From Antedon mediterranea (Eukaryota > Animalia > Echinodermata), in NCBI RefSeq assembly GCF_964355755.1, contig NC_092673.1, positions 12,992,948 to 13,056,947 of the forward strand: a stretch of DNA of 64,000 nucleotides, written 5' to 3'. Shown one piece after another: positions 40,746-53,246 of this stretch. The notes beneath the pieces are model-generated. The model worked only from the letters and a program-made list of their open reading frames with translations. It had not been told where the DNA came from and made no database searches. A program made the translations under genes and the position numbers. Within the stretch, counting starts at the first letter, position 1; each line of letters starts with the position of its first letter.

Positions 40746-42478
40746 CGCCCGTATTCTTAAACCGGACTTTAGTCGTAGTTCGAAGTTCGACTTGAAAATG
40801 TCGTAGTTCGAGCTATTACTTCAAATTCGATTCAAAAACGATGTATCCAAAATTTAACTTTTCATGTTGTTCATATCAAAATGTATTGCTATTAAATTAC
40901 TCAATGTACAGAGGAGAGTGACGTGTGTGCTTCGTTCGTCCAACACAAGCATGATGATGGAAGGGGGAAATTATGTTACAATGTTTATGACGTACCTTGA
41001 TGACGGGTGTCCTTATGTAAAATATTGGTCGATTATAGCTTGTCTGTAGACTCTACCAGCTAATGCATCCTCTACATTTTCATCACCATTAACTTCTTCA
41101 TCGATTTCAATATCTACATCATCCCGTATAAATTCTACATTTCTTATAATGGTGATGTTGTGTAGGCAAGCTACAGCAACTATGGTTGTTAGGGTTGTTT
41201 CAAGCTTTAAGCGTAAATAATTTAAACAATTGAATTTACGCTTCCAGTTCCCAAACAACCGCTCAACTGAATTCCTGGTTCTAATTTGGGACCGGTTGTA
41301 CCTCTGTTGAGGCCTCCTATCAGGATTGATAACTGGTGTCAGGAGGTACCTCTTGCACCCATAACCAGAATCTCCAAGTAGCACACCATTGTGTACTCGA
41401 CGTTCAAATTCTTCGCAAATTAAACTATTTTCAAAAATACGAGAGTCGTGCACGGACCCTTGCCATCTAGCAACAATGTCTCTAATCATTAGACGATGGT
41501 CACCTATAACTTGGACATTTATAGAAAAATATCCCTTTCTGTTCCGAAATAGTTCGGCTTCCTGTCCACCTGGACAAGGTATCCGTACGTGCGTGCAGTC
41601 GATACATCCGATTACATTAGGGAAACCAGCAATCGCCCTAAATCCTTGTTGAACGATATCTCTGCCATCACCCATTGGAAACACAATCCACCTTCTATTC
41701 TCCTGTGCTAAAGCTCGAGAAACTTTTGCGATTATTCTGGAAAGGGTAGTTGCGATATGTTTTTTGCATCCCCGTGCATTAACTGAAATGTTCCAGTAGC
41801 AAAATAGCGTAGGGCTACGCAAACCTCTAACAACGGTGGTATTGTTGGGTGACCACCACCTCCTCTTGTATCCTTACGTAAATCAAGAATTCCTAACAAT
41901 TCAACAATAATCTCTTTAGAAACCCGATACCTTTGGACGAATTGGGAATCGTCATAATCAAATAGGGGGTTTGAACGATCTCTTATTACTTCAATTTCAC
42001 GATAATTTAAGCGATCATATCGCTGAACACGGGCGTTGAATTGCCTCGCCATGGTTATTAAAAATGGCGGATCAAAATAAAGTCCAACTTAACCAAGTTA
42101 AGTCGGACTTCAACATTACAAAAAAAGCCATTTATGACACGGTGTTAAAAAACCCCAATTAGCATTATCAAAATAAATATAAAATAATATTGTAATGAGC
42201 TAATAAAAAACTAGACATTTCATAATTCAAAATGCAACAAAAGTGATACGTTTATTCACGACACCTTTTTTATAAACATCGTTTAAAAACCATTTAGTCG
42301 ACCATTTAGTCTGCCCCATCCAGGACTAAAAAAATCGATCAAAATCCGTCTTGATTTAGTCGAGGTTGGCCTGAATTAGTCGGCGATTTAGTTGAAGTTC
42401 GGTTTATGAATTAAAATGACGTCATTTTTAAAGTTTTAGCTCGAACTACGACTAAAATCCGGTTTAAGAATACGGGCG
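40746..42478 (-). mobile_element. PIF/Harbinger transposon
   Basis: TIR CGCCCGTATTCTTAAACCGGA at both ends; TAA TSD at 40743-40745 and 42479-42481. Confidence 0.95.
41013..42052 (-). CDS. HARBI1-like Harbinger DDE transposase (one frameshift near 41750)
   Basis: ALRYFATG, GCIDCTHV, NRKGYFSINVQ, GSVHDSRIF, LLGDSGY, RNSVERLFG, ACLHN. Confidence 0.92.
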
Positions 42479-42919
42479 TAAGTGCCAACAGGAAAATATT
42501 CCGAATATCTGCAGAGGTACCATCTCGTCATTCGGATTATTTTCCAGTTGGCACTTAATCTATTTTTTTGCAGCATGCAATTCAACAACTGTTATCGCGA
42601 TGAGGGCGTGATCAGGTTTCATTCTCCATCCACGTGTGAGACAAGTAGTGTCACCATAAAGTTACTATAGTCGCATTTCTAGCTCTCTATGTAAAATGTA
42701 TGTGCGCGAATGCAAACATAAATATGTTATATGTTAGCCCATGATATGAAATTGATGGGAGTGAGTTTAGTTGATATGGGTTGTGTTATTATATGGAGAT
42801 ATGACAGTCTTCTCTTCATTTAACTTCAGCATGTTGGTACTCATCCATTAACTACCATTATTTATTAATTACCTATAAGTTTACTTGCGGCAAGCATAAG
42901 TGAACCATCCGTCATAAGC

Positions 42920-43530
42920 TGATGTCTTTGGTAGGATCTTCACAGTCCCTAAACAAGTCCGTGTAGTAGAAGTGAAAGTTAATGGTGGGATCAAAACTCG
43001 ACCAGTCAATAAACTATGCCCACTAGTAGAATGCACCGAGGAGCAGAACTGTACTTTGATAATCAAAATAATCAATACTAATAAAATTGGAAATCACCGA
43101 CGTCACCATTATTGGGCCTATCAATGTTCTGTTGCCTAGTGTTGTTGGTTACACGTCTTTTTTCCTAAAAAATGGAATGCGATAGGTTTTCAAGCATGTT
43201 AAGTTAATAATACAAAATAGAAAGAATAGTTAAAATTACGTTACTGAAACATTTTTAGATGATTTTGTTAAGACAAGGTTGCATTACATTACTTATTCTA
43301 ATATCTATAGATTTAGAAGTTGTTAAAAATAATTTTCTTTAGTTTGACATCAGTCTGTCAAGAAGTGGAGAATGTTCCGGAGATAATCATTAGAATAATA
43401 ACCCTGGCGGATATGTGGTTGCTACGATGATGCAGAATAATAACCCTGGCGGATATGTGGTTGCTAGGATGATGCAGATGTCATTGTACTGATGTAATGT
43501 TAAATTCTTCTCCATAACACACAGCATTTA
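42920..43530 (+). mobile_element. BEL/Pao LTR retrotransposon 3' end
   Basis: VRVVEVKVNGGIKTRPVNKLCPL (integrase C-terminus); purine tract AAGAAGTGGAGAA then TG LTR start at 43373. Confidence 0.7.
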
Positions 43531-46500
43531 CACTGTGTTATAAATTTTACCGCCGTTTAGCGGTATGGTATATGCGCATACCTGGCGCGTGTATGTGCGG
43601 ACCTTAAATGACAGGTAATTCTAGCCAATCGTAGCACTGCGAAACAAAATGCACTGAAATTTTACACACGAAAACGCGTTTGATAGGCGCGTCAACAATT
43701 CAGAAGCTGTAGATGTTATAAAATTTGATCGGACTTTGTAAAGCTATTAAACATACTTAATTTAATAATAATTATTATTATAATAATTTTTAAAAAGTAC
43801 AGTTAATATCTTGAATAATATAAATATGTACATATCTACTTCATATTGTTATTTAATGTCTTTTTAGTTGTTTTACAGCTGTTTCAAAAACCATCGTTTA
43901 GCATTTGTGACATGGTTGTTTTGCAACGACATGCACACGCACAGACAATTCAACAGCTCAGACTGTGCTGTTATGTGTTTTATTATGTGAAGCTAGCAAC
44001 TGTAGAAAAACTGAATAAAGTTAAAAATATACCTACCTGTGTTTTCATTTGATAAACTTGTTTTATTCACTGAATTGATATGATTGATTTTAGTAAGGGC
44101 ATCACATTTTAACATAACTATTTTGTAGGTGGTCTAATACAATCATCATGACTGAAACAAAATACACAAAAACTTTGGTTTGTTTGGTACTGTATGTGCT
44201 TTAAAAAAAATTTTTTTTTTTTATGGTGAAACAGGCATATTATGTCTATATAATTATAGATACATTTAGTGTTTTTTGGTGAAACTATCCCCTGCCGGAC
44301 ACCAACCCGGTATTTCTGAGTCGCGGTTTCGGGGTCATGATTTTATACAATTTATACAATGATATATAGGCCTACAAGAACATAATTGGGTTTTCTCTCT
44401 ATACACCATGGTTTTTTGTTTTTTTTTATGGTAAAACTATTCCCCGCAGGACACCAACCTGGTATTTCTGAGTCGCGGTTTCAGCGCCATGATTTATATA
44501 GGCCTACAAGAAAAAAAAAATTACAAATAACGTATGATAGACAATGTTAACATAAATAGGCCTGTGCTTTCTCTCTATATACAGTGTTTTTTTTGGTGTT
44601 TTTTTTTAAATGGTAAAACTATCCCCCACCGGACACCAACTTGGTATTTCTTTCTTTTTTTTTTTTTTTTTTTTTTTGTGTAATTTACACAATTTATACA
44701 ATAATTTATATATAGGCCTACAAGAACAAAAACATAATTTTACAAATAACGTATGATAGACAATGTTAACATAAATAGGCCTGTGTTTTCTCTCTATACA
44801 ACGTGTTTTTTTAATTAATTAATAAATTTTTTTTTATGTTAAAACTATTTCCTGCTGGACACCAACTCGGTATTTCTTAGTTGCGGTTTTGGGGCCATGA
44901 TTTATGTAGGCCTACAAGAACAAAAAGTGCTCTCTGAGTATGGAGATTAAATACTAACATTAGCCTTTCAACATTATCTCGAACTGGGGCATATTGTCTG
45001 GCGTCTGCATTTACTGCCGTGTTCGGACAACAGACCTAAAGTCCTAAACACAAGGGCGCATTCATTAACATGGGATATTAAGATGTGCAGTTTGGGCGGA
45101 ATGTTCTGCTCAGGAAATATACTACAAAAGAAAATTCTCAATGCACAACAGCTGCCACCTCGTTGTTGCATAAAAATGTTGCACTTGTGAAAAAAAAAAT
45201 ATGGTCCAACCTACCGGCAAATTAACATACCTCTGGTGATCGAGAAGTCCCTCTAAGCATACCAGGACTCTCACCGAATTACGCAAAATCTCCTTGAAAT
45301 GATTCCCAATAAAACATTGCGAATGGTATGCTTGATTTTTGACGTGCAGCTCATCATCCAAAATTGAATTCAACAACTTTTCTCTTGGACCAATTATCCC
45401 TTTAACTTCTTCATATACTTCCGCCAATTCCTTTTCTGCTACACCCTTCTCCTTTTCCATCTTTTCTACGCTTTCCTTACAACTTTTTTCTCTATTGGTG
45501 TTCAAGCTGCTTTCTACATTGATGACAATGGAATTCCATATTGCACATAGTCCTCACCCTTCAAGCCCACACAATCTACATGAAACCATTTCCTATCCTC
45601 TTCCAACTCCTCATCACAGCTTTCGCATCTAATCCAGGAAATGTCCCCAGCCACTACTCCTTCTACTTTATGCCTTGCGAGTTCACTAGTGGCTAGGGCA
45701 CATTTGTCCGAAAGACCATTTCCACGTTGACGATTCATACAATTTCGAAATCCTTCCAGAAGTGAAACTTGATATCTTAAGTCGGCTCTTGATACTTCCG
45801 TCTTCTCTTCTAATTCTAGTTCTGTTATTTATTTGTTAATTTCGTAGCTTAAGTTAGTTAAGATGTTTTAAAAGGTACCAAGCTTGATTAGCTCTGGCTA
45901 TATCTTGGCTACCTTTTGTATTGATTAATTGTTTGATAAAATAAAGAAGAAGAACAGGGAAAAAATTACTTTACCTTTTCCGTTTTCATGTTCCATTCAA
46001 CGAACGTCGGGTTCTCTTCGACATTTTTACTTCCGCTTTTCTCGCTATGTCCTCGATTTGCTTTGAAAAACGAACCGTGAGACCTAACATGATATGTAGT
46101 ACTGGTGGAACTACATGCACCATGTCACTTCCCATTGGCAGTAATGGTGCCTCGAAGATTGAGTGGTGGAACTTGCTGTCTCCTTTATTTTTTTTATCTG
46201 CTTTGCAGTTTGCGAGGTCTGTGGCCATTTGTCCTGGTGTTCTTTCTTCGGCATACCACGAGGCGTTTTCACACCAGTTGCCATCTTCAGATTTTACCAT
46301 TGGTGAATGTGGACGAATGGTTCGTTCATTTACAGGCCTGTACAGGTCGTCACGATGGATATAACACCACAGACAGGGGAAGGTAGACACCGGTCCGAGG
46401 TGGCCCACTTGAGCCACTCATAATTACTGACTGGTTTTTCACATTTTCTGTAGTGTTAACTCATTCTGCAAATGAACTGTTAAGTGTACACACCTAACAT

Positions 46501-46793
46501 AGCTATGTCCTCGATTTGCTTTGAAAAACGAACCGTGAGACCTAACATGATATGTAGTACTGGTGGAACTACATGCACCATGTCACTTCCCATTGGCAGT
46601 AATGGTGCCTCGAAGATTGAGTGGTGGAACTTGCTGTCTCCTTTATTTTTTTTATCTTCTTTGCAGTTTGCGATGGATGGATGGATATAACACCACAGAC
46701 AGGGGAAGGTAGACACCGGTCCGAGGTGGCCCACTTGAGCCACTCATAATTACTGACTGGTTTTTCACATTTTCTGTAGTGTTAACTCATTCT
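43531..46793 (-). mobile_element. Chapaev-type (CMC/Transib-related) transposon, 3' half
   Basis: GHLGPVSTFPCLWC, VPPVLHIMLG, GPREKLL..QAYHSQCFIGNH, IPPKLHILISHV..LGLLSEHG; terminus CACTGTG at 43531. Confidence 0.75.
44275..44925. repeat. subterminal repeats, 4 x ~175-215 bp
   Basis: AAACTAT....GGACACCAAC..GGTATTTCT..GCGGTTT recurring at ~44282, 44434, 44616, 44842. Confidence 0.8.
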
Positions 46794-47658
46794 TTGACAT
46801 GTATCTCAAATGGTGGTAGCATGTTGTATCCTACACAACTTCTGCATTGATGAATGAGATATATACAATCAAGTGGGATGTTGCAGATGAACATTACCAG
46901 CAGCCACATGTAGAAGATGAGCCTTTTGTAGAGGCCAATGCCATTAGGGCAGCTTTAGTACAGTACTTTGCCTATTTACTGTAATGTAGACAAGAAAACA
47001 TTCTGTAATAAATATTTTGCTATCTATAAATAATGTGCTGCAATTTCATTCAATTTTTGGGTAAACATGCGAGACTTTATTCATAATTTAAAATATACGT
47101 TACAGTAATAATGAAATAACAAATAACTTGGAAAAGAAGACATCGAATATTGAATGATTTTTTGTAATACAGCAATTGCATAAAGATACTGAATATGTAA
47201 ATATGTGTACAATTTTATTTCTTAAAAATTAAAATGTAATACAGTAATAACCTTGTTCACAATTATACAGCAAAATGATGCAACAAGTAACTTTTATAAT
47301 GCAATATAAGCAACTGCACAAGGCCATCCATTCTGTACTGTACATATGTAAACATTTTCTTTTTTGTTTTAGTACACCAATGAATTCATAATTAAAATTA
47401 TACGGTAGTGATGAAATGACAATGGATTTTATAATGCACCAGCAACAATTGCATATTAAGGCTACCTATTCTGTATGTACTTATATTTTAACATTTTTCT
47501 TTTCTTAAATTGATATAACTTCTTTTATGTTTTAATTACACTTAATGCACACTTCTAAATTTGACAGTAATATAGGGTTGCATAAACATTGTTTTTAAAC
47601 TGGGAAAACGAATGTGCAACATGCAATAATACGTGAAAATATTTGCTCGCAGCGCCAA

Positions 47659-47966
47659 TGTTGTAAAACGGCCGAGAATATAATCAGATTAGCAGAAAGT
47701 AGTGTGGCTTACCTGTCGTTGTGGGCTGGTCTCTTGGGAGTTCATAGCCCAGCAATTTCCAACAGTAAACACTACAATCTTTATGTGGTATCTGGGTATC
47801 ACGCACGGTAGACACTCAGTCTAATATTCCGATGAGCGGTGTCTGTTCTCCGTGTATCTGCTATTCCGTCTAAACCTCAAGAGAGCGCAGGTCTCTCCGG
47901 GACGGCACACATGACCTCGGGTCACTCGGTGGACCAAACCATTAAGCGGAGGGGTATTTCACTACA
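47659..47966 (-). repeat. 3' LTR of the Gypsy element
   Basis: Minus-strand PPT GGGGGAAG followed by TGTAGTGAA; ends ..TTTACAACA (distal boundary approximate). Confidence 0.7.
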
Positions 47967-48141
47967 CTTCCCCCGATTTTATAAGGCCAGGGCCGGCGCC
48001 CGGGTGGTCATGCTGTAAAAAAAAACAATAACTTCTGGTTAACGCTAAGATAACTGAATCTGGTGCATCTTCTAGCACCTTACAAAAAATAACATAATAA
48101 AATAACTTAAAACTTCTGGTAGGCCGCCGGAATGGTCGGCT

Positions 48142-49679
48142 CTACACCATAAGGAACAGATCTCGGCCGTTCTTCCGGGTCAAGTCTAGAACTTGCTCGG
48201 CGTCCTGGCCCAAGATCCTTCCGACTACCTCGGTGCACCCACTCGTTGCCCCGGAGGAGCAAAGTGGGGCCCATCGGATTCCAGTAGCAGGCGAAAGATG
48301 TGTAAAGCTGAAATAGGTCAGGGGGAAAACACTCCTAAACCTATCGGCCATTAGCACAGTCGATGAGAAATTATGCAGTAGAATGCGTACACATCTTTGA
48401 ACCCGTGCTATCTGCAAGATGTTTAGGCAGTTCTGATAACACGTCTCCGCCGTCGGGTCGTTGCGACTGCCTCTTAGGTGCAGTCAAATCGCCAGATGGT
48501 GTCGAGGTGAGAAAACCTGTGCCAGTCAGCTACCGGAACGGAGTGGTCCAAGCCAATCTCCCCGAGCACCCGGGTAGCGCCGGAGCGCACCAAGGCCTTC
48601 AGTCGGGAGAGTTGACCAGGCGAGACCTTTTTGGGGTGCACCCCGACCCCCACCTCATATCCCTCTCGCCGAAGGCGATGAATCTCCTCCGCTGAAGGGT
48701 AAGAGGGAGGATCGCAAAAGATGGCGACACCCCCAACAGGTCTTACCGGCTTTGTCTGGGCTCAAGCTGGTTCAGCTAGCAAGGTCTCCATCAGTGTGGC
48801 TCGAGGAGACAGCCTCAGAAAAGAGCGCAAACGGTCCGGGTGGAAGTGGGCGTCGAACGCTCTCATCGTGGTCCGCACCATCTTCTTCTGCCGCCTGGAG
48901 GGGGTCGGTGACCCGAGCCTCCTTTTGCGTTTTACGTTCTTAAGTCTGGTGGCCGGTGGCTGGGCGCGGCCAGTCTCGGCCTCAGCTTCGGCTGCGGCGG
49001 GCTGGGCGAGGGGATTCTCGGCCTCAGCTTCGGCGGCTAGCTGGCTCATCTTGGTGATGTCCATCCGCTGGGCCATCGCTACCATGTAGCGCCAATGGAT
49101 TAGGGCCGCTGGATGGTTGAGTGGCACAAGGTTAAATCCTTCAGGTGGCTCACCTCCGATCGCCACTTGTAGCTCGGACATCATCTCCAGTGTCCTCTGG
49201 TCGATGACGCCTACATGCGGACCAACAGCCCTCTCAGCATTCAGCTGGGTGACCAGGTCGTCCAAAGTGGACTCCGGCCTACCCAATATTTCAACGGCGT
49301 ACTTCCGCAGCAGGCAGAGCTTGGTCTGTGTTTTTTGCGGAGTCGACGGTAATTTAAAACATGAGGGGAGGTGGTGCGACCACACGTGCCTCCTCATGTT
49401 GTGCACAGCCTCGAAGTTACATCCCGGAAACACGCACAGGTTTTTACGCCGTGGGCGTGAATCCTCGGTCGGCGCTGGATGGTGGTGGTTCTGGCGTTGA
49501 CTCGAGGGCAGTATCTACGCCGGTCACGTCTCCACTGACCTCCGCCGTTGGTGCTGGGGTAGGTTCAGATGCGAGTAGTCGTCGCCAGGTTTCCTCCTGC
49601 TCCTCTCCCGACAGGGCACGCCACCGTCCATCGACTTGCCGTTGTTGTCTCAACCCGATTTCGGTTGCGCCGAAAACAA
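48142..49679 (-). pseudogene. Gypsy extra ORF: C2H2 zinc finger plus TatD-family metallo-nuclease, decayed
   Basis: CVFPGC..MRRHVWSHH; FDAHFHPD, VGVHPK, LGEIGLDHS, LHLRG, ILLHNF, RLLLESDGPH, TRKNGRDLF; stops and frameshifts. Confidence 0.82.
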
Positions 49680-49748
49680 CTTATGGAGATACAAAAATAC
49701 GAAGACAATTAAATAACGGTACCCTACAATCGCTTCAGCTTGGACTAC

Positions 49749-51510
49749 TCAGTCTCTGCAGTTAGCGCATTTGTAGCGGTCGATATTCAGAGCGTCTAAA
49801 GGTGAGACATTCACGCAGGCGCCATGGTACCAAACGTCACAGTAATCGCACTGAATCATGAATGACCCAGCCCAGGGCTTCCGGCAGGAACAGTATAGCG
49901 TTCCAGGCGCATCGTCGACGTTCTCCTCGCTCGGATCTGAAAGAGATAAATGATAGTTAGTTATCCACCTCGGGAGCTGCCGGTCGTGACAGGGCTTGAG
50001 CTTGTCGTGGTTAAAAACCATCACTTTGTTCCTCAGCTTGACCCGGAACAGTCCCGGAGAGATAACTTGGATGATGATGCCGGGTCCCTTCCAAGGAGGA
50101 CACAGCTTCTTGCATTTACCCTTCGGTTGGCTATTATCTAGCACATATACCTTATCCCCACGGTCGTAGGGGCGTGAGAGGACACGGAGGTCGTAGTCTC
50201 TCTTCATGCGTCGCTGCGTTTCCCCCAGAGTAGCCCATGCTATGTCGTGTACTTCACGGATTGATTGTGTGAGAGCGGTCACGTAGCTATCGGGTGCTCG
50301 TGCAGTTGGAGGGTCGCTAGCTGTAAACATGAGATCGGCCGGAAGGTTGATCTCTCGTCCGAGCATCAGCATGTTGGGAGTGTACCCCGTCGAGCGATTC
50401 ACCGTCGCCCAGAGGGCTCCAGTTAGCTGTGGTAGAAACACATCCCAATCTTTCTGCTGCCGGCCTACAAAACATCTCACAGCATCCATCAGTGTCCGGT
50501 TGTATCGCTCCACCTGGCCGTTGGCGGCGGGTCGGTAACTGGTGGTCCTGGTCTTGTGGATCTGTAAAACTTTACATAAAGAACTAAATAATTCACTTTC
50601 AAAATTACTCCCCTGATCAGAGTGGAGTTCCAAAGGCATCCCGAACCGGGAGAAGAAATTCCCTACCACGGCTCGGGCCGTTACCTCCGCTGTCTGACAA
50701 GGAAGTGGGCTCGCTTCAACCCACTTAGTGAATTGGTCCACCATCATGAGAATGTATACATTGCCCATGTTGGTTTTAGGCAAAGGCCCAAGGAAATCGA
50801 TATGTACCCGTTCCATGGGTGTACCTGCATGAAAGTTTGTTAAGGGATACCGGGCTTTACGGCCGGTTTTCTTATTATGAAGGGTCGTCTTTGCGCTCCA
50901 ACCACCGCAGGATAGGCTGGAGATCAGCATCCTTACGTTGTTGGTCCCGGAGTTCGCTGACGGAGTACCCCCAACATCGGGCGGTCGGTGTCTCCGGCTG
51001 AATCGATGTGACCATATCTCCATCCTGTAAAATACAAATATTAGTTAATCCCTTGGAAGCCCGGGTTACTTCCACGGTCGCTCGACCACCCGGGTCCCAT
51101 ACAAACCCCTCATTACCCACTCCTCCACTTGCCTGTCGAATCTGGGAGATGGGTACGACGTCGTCGACATCCTCCCGGAACCGGGCCCATTTCGCATGCG
51201 TCCTACGGCAGTAGGTGCAACCCCCACAGGGCAGGTCGTCCGGAGTGATGGCACCGTGCTCACACCCCCCAAGACGGGAGAGTGCGTCTGCATTGGTGTG
51301 TAAACTACCTCGCTGGTGCTCGACTACCATGCTATACTGGCTGAGCTCCTCCATCCAACAAGCTAGTTGTCCTTGGGGACCTTTGAAATTAAGGAGCCAG
51401 GTTAGACTGCTGTGGTCGGTTCTTACCCGGAAAGGCTGGCCCAGCAGGTAGTGGCGGAAATGCCGGGTCATATACACAATGGCCAGCAACTCCTTACGAG
51501 TTGTGCACCA
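49749..51510 (-). pseudogene. Gypsy pol 3' part: RNase H end, integrase, C-terminal PHD finger
   Basis: TTRKELLAIV..RTDHSSL; HIDFLGP, HSDQGSNFES, NGQVERYNRT, WKGPG; LYCSCRKPW..MIQCDYCDVWYHGACV..YKCANC; integrase HHCC region missing. Confidence 0.92.
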
Positions 51511-51587
51511 GTAATGACAAGCTTACAACCATGGTTTGTGTGCATCAAACTTTGCAGATGTGCTTGCTCGCGATGAAGATTGAGAGT

Positions 51588-53246
51588 TTATATCTGGAAC
51601 ATTGATTTGCTTAACTTATTGCTGCTTGAGAAGGAAGAGATGACTGCTGACTTGACTGGTAATAATGTGAAGGATGAAGCTGAATAAGGCATTGCATTTG
51701 CTGCATTTGGTTTTTGTCGGTTATTGAACATTTGTCCAAGCACTGTATACAATTCTAGTTGTCGTTGATGAGCTTGTTCGGCTTCTTTGTGCCATTGTAC
51801 GGCTTCTTCTCGTCTCTGTTCTTCGGACATGAGTAAGTTTTGTTGAAGTTCCAATTGGTGGCTATGGTGAGACGCACCAAATTGTTTGCTGGCTTCTGCA
51901 ATGGACTCCGTAAAACATGATACAATTTCATCTACCTTTGCCTTTTTTTTTAACCAAGATAGAGAAAATTTTAACTATATCTATATCGTTTTTAGGTAGT
52001 TTGGCTTATTAAAGACTTCCAATTAATATTAGGTGAATATTAGGTAATATGGCTGTCTTTAGGCCAAGTTACTAAATCAATGTTACTTCAGTCTACATAG
52101 GATCATCTTATTTAATTGTTCTTAATTAGGAATGATTAGATTGCATGTAAACAAACGTACCTTTGCCTTTTGTTTTTGATTGTTGCTTCTCCTGTTTATC
52201 CTCAGGAGTGGAAGATTCTTTTCTTTTTCTTGCAACTGGTGTAAATAGATCTATGAAAAATGTTTGTGTTAATGCCAAAAACAATGAAGTACTATTATAT
52301 TTATTCTTAACTGAACATATTTAGAGTTGTTTAGATTGAATGACAATGTTTTTTCATTTGCAAGTACAACCTAAACACTAGATTTGTTTTACAATACAAT
52401 TGTCAAGAATGGTCACAGATAATTGTTATTTAAATGTAATGGACACACCGTTATTAATATAATTATGAGTATGCCTACCATCAACTACATCCTCTGTCAG
52501 AATGTCATCTTCCTGGAGAAGATCCAGAAGATTAGACTTGCCATCGTCTTGTGTCCCTTCGGACAAATTTGATTCATCAGTAACTGTAAATTGAAACAAT
52601 AATTTTTAATTTAGTTTTAATAGACAGTGTGTTGACCTTTTTTTTTTTTAATTAAGTAAAGTTGCTGTAGGCATACATGCCAATGATTAAATACATTTTC
52701 CAATTTAATCTTATTAATTAAAATTTTAAAGCTAAAAGTCAGATTTGTGTAAAACAAAGGGTTTCCCAAACAAAGGCCCTGCTCCTCGTGACTGAAGAGA
52801 ACAATAACATCGGCCTAGATTTAGGACATAATATATCTGATTATATTGGTAGATAGTATTTAATCTTACCTGATGGTTCATTTGCTTCAAAAGTTGTGGC
52901 ATCCATTCCATCCAGGACGATGTTTGGCCTGCTGACAGGTCGATCTCCAAAAATGGAGTCCATTTCGGGGAAGTACAGCCATTCTGTAGGGGGACTTGTT
53001 ATTTTCATCTTTTGCGGCAGTGTATTGTCGTCGCAAATTCTTGCATTTGTTGATGATTTGTTTGTTGAAATCGTATCCGTTTTCACACAATTTTTTCGCG
53101 ATTTTAACATAAATGGACGCGTTTTGTCTTGTCCCGTCAAATCCAACTTGTATACGCTCTTCTCCCCATATTTCTATCAACGCATGTGTTGCAGCGTCAC
53201 TCCAACCTCGGTTGCCTGTTGCTGACTCATGCAATGTTTGTATCAT
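51588..53246 (-). pseudogene. Myb/SANT-like (trihelix) DNA-binding gene of Harbinger, multi-exon
   Basis: WSDAATHALIEIWGE..IYVKIAKKL..KCKNLRRQY..WLYFPEMDSIFGDRP; donor at ~52869; coiled-coil last exon. Confidence 0.8.

Noticed and set aside
40400-42670. Virus/Polinton-like gene flanking the Harbinger insertion
   Set aside because: Short, stop-interrupted, no recognisable motif
11442-46793. Bona fide RAG1/RAG2 (ProtoRAG) locus
   Set aside because: RAG1-like pieces belong to different elements; no RING, nonamer-binding domain, Kelch repeats or heptamer-spacer-nonamer TIR pair seen
48142-49679. env gene
   Set aside because: No signal peptide or transmembrane anchor; TatD motifs instead
48363-51451. 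Plus-strand ORFs over the Gypsy element
   Set aside because: Shadow ORFs of GC-rich minus-strand coding sequence
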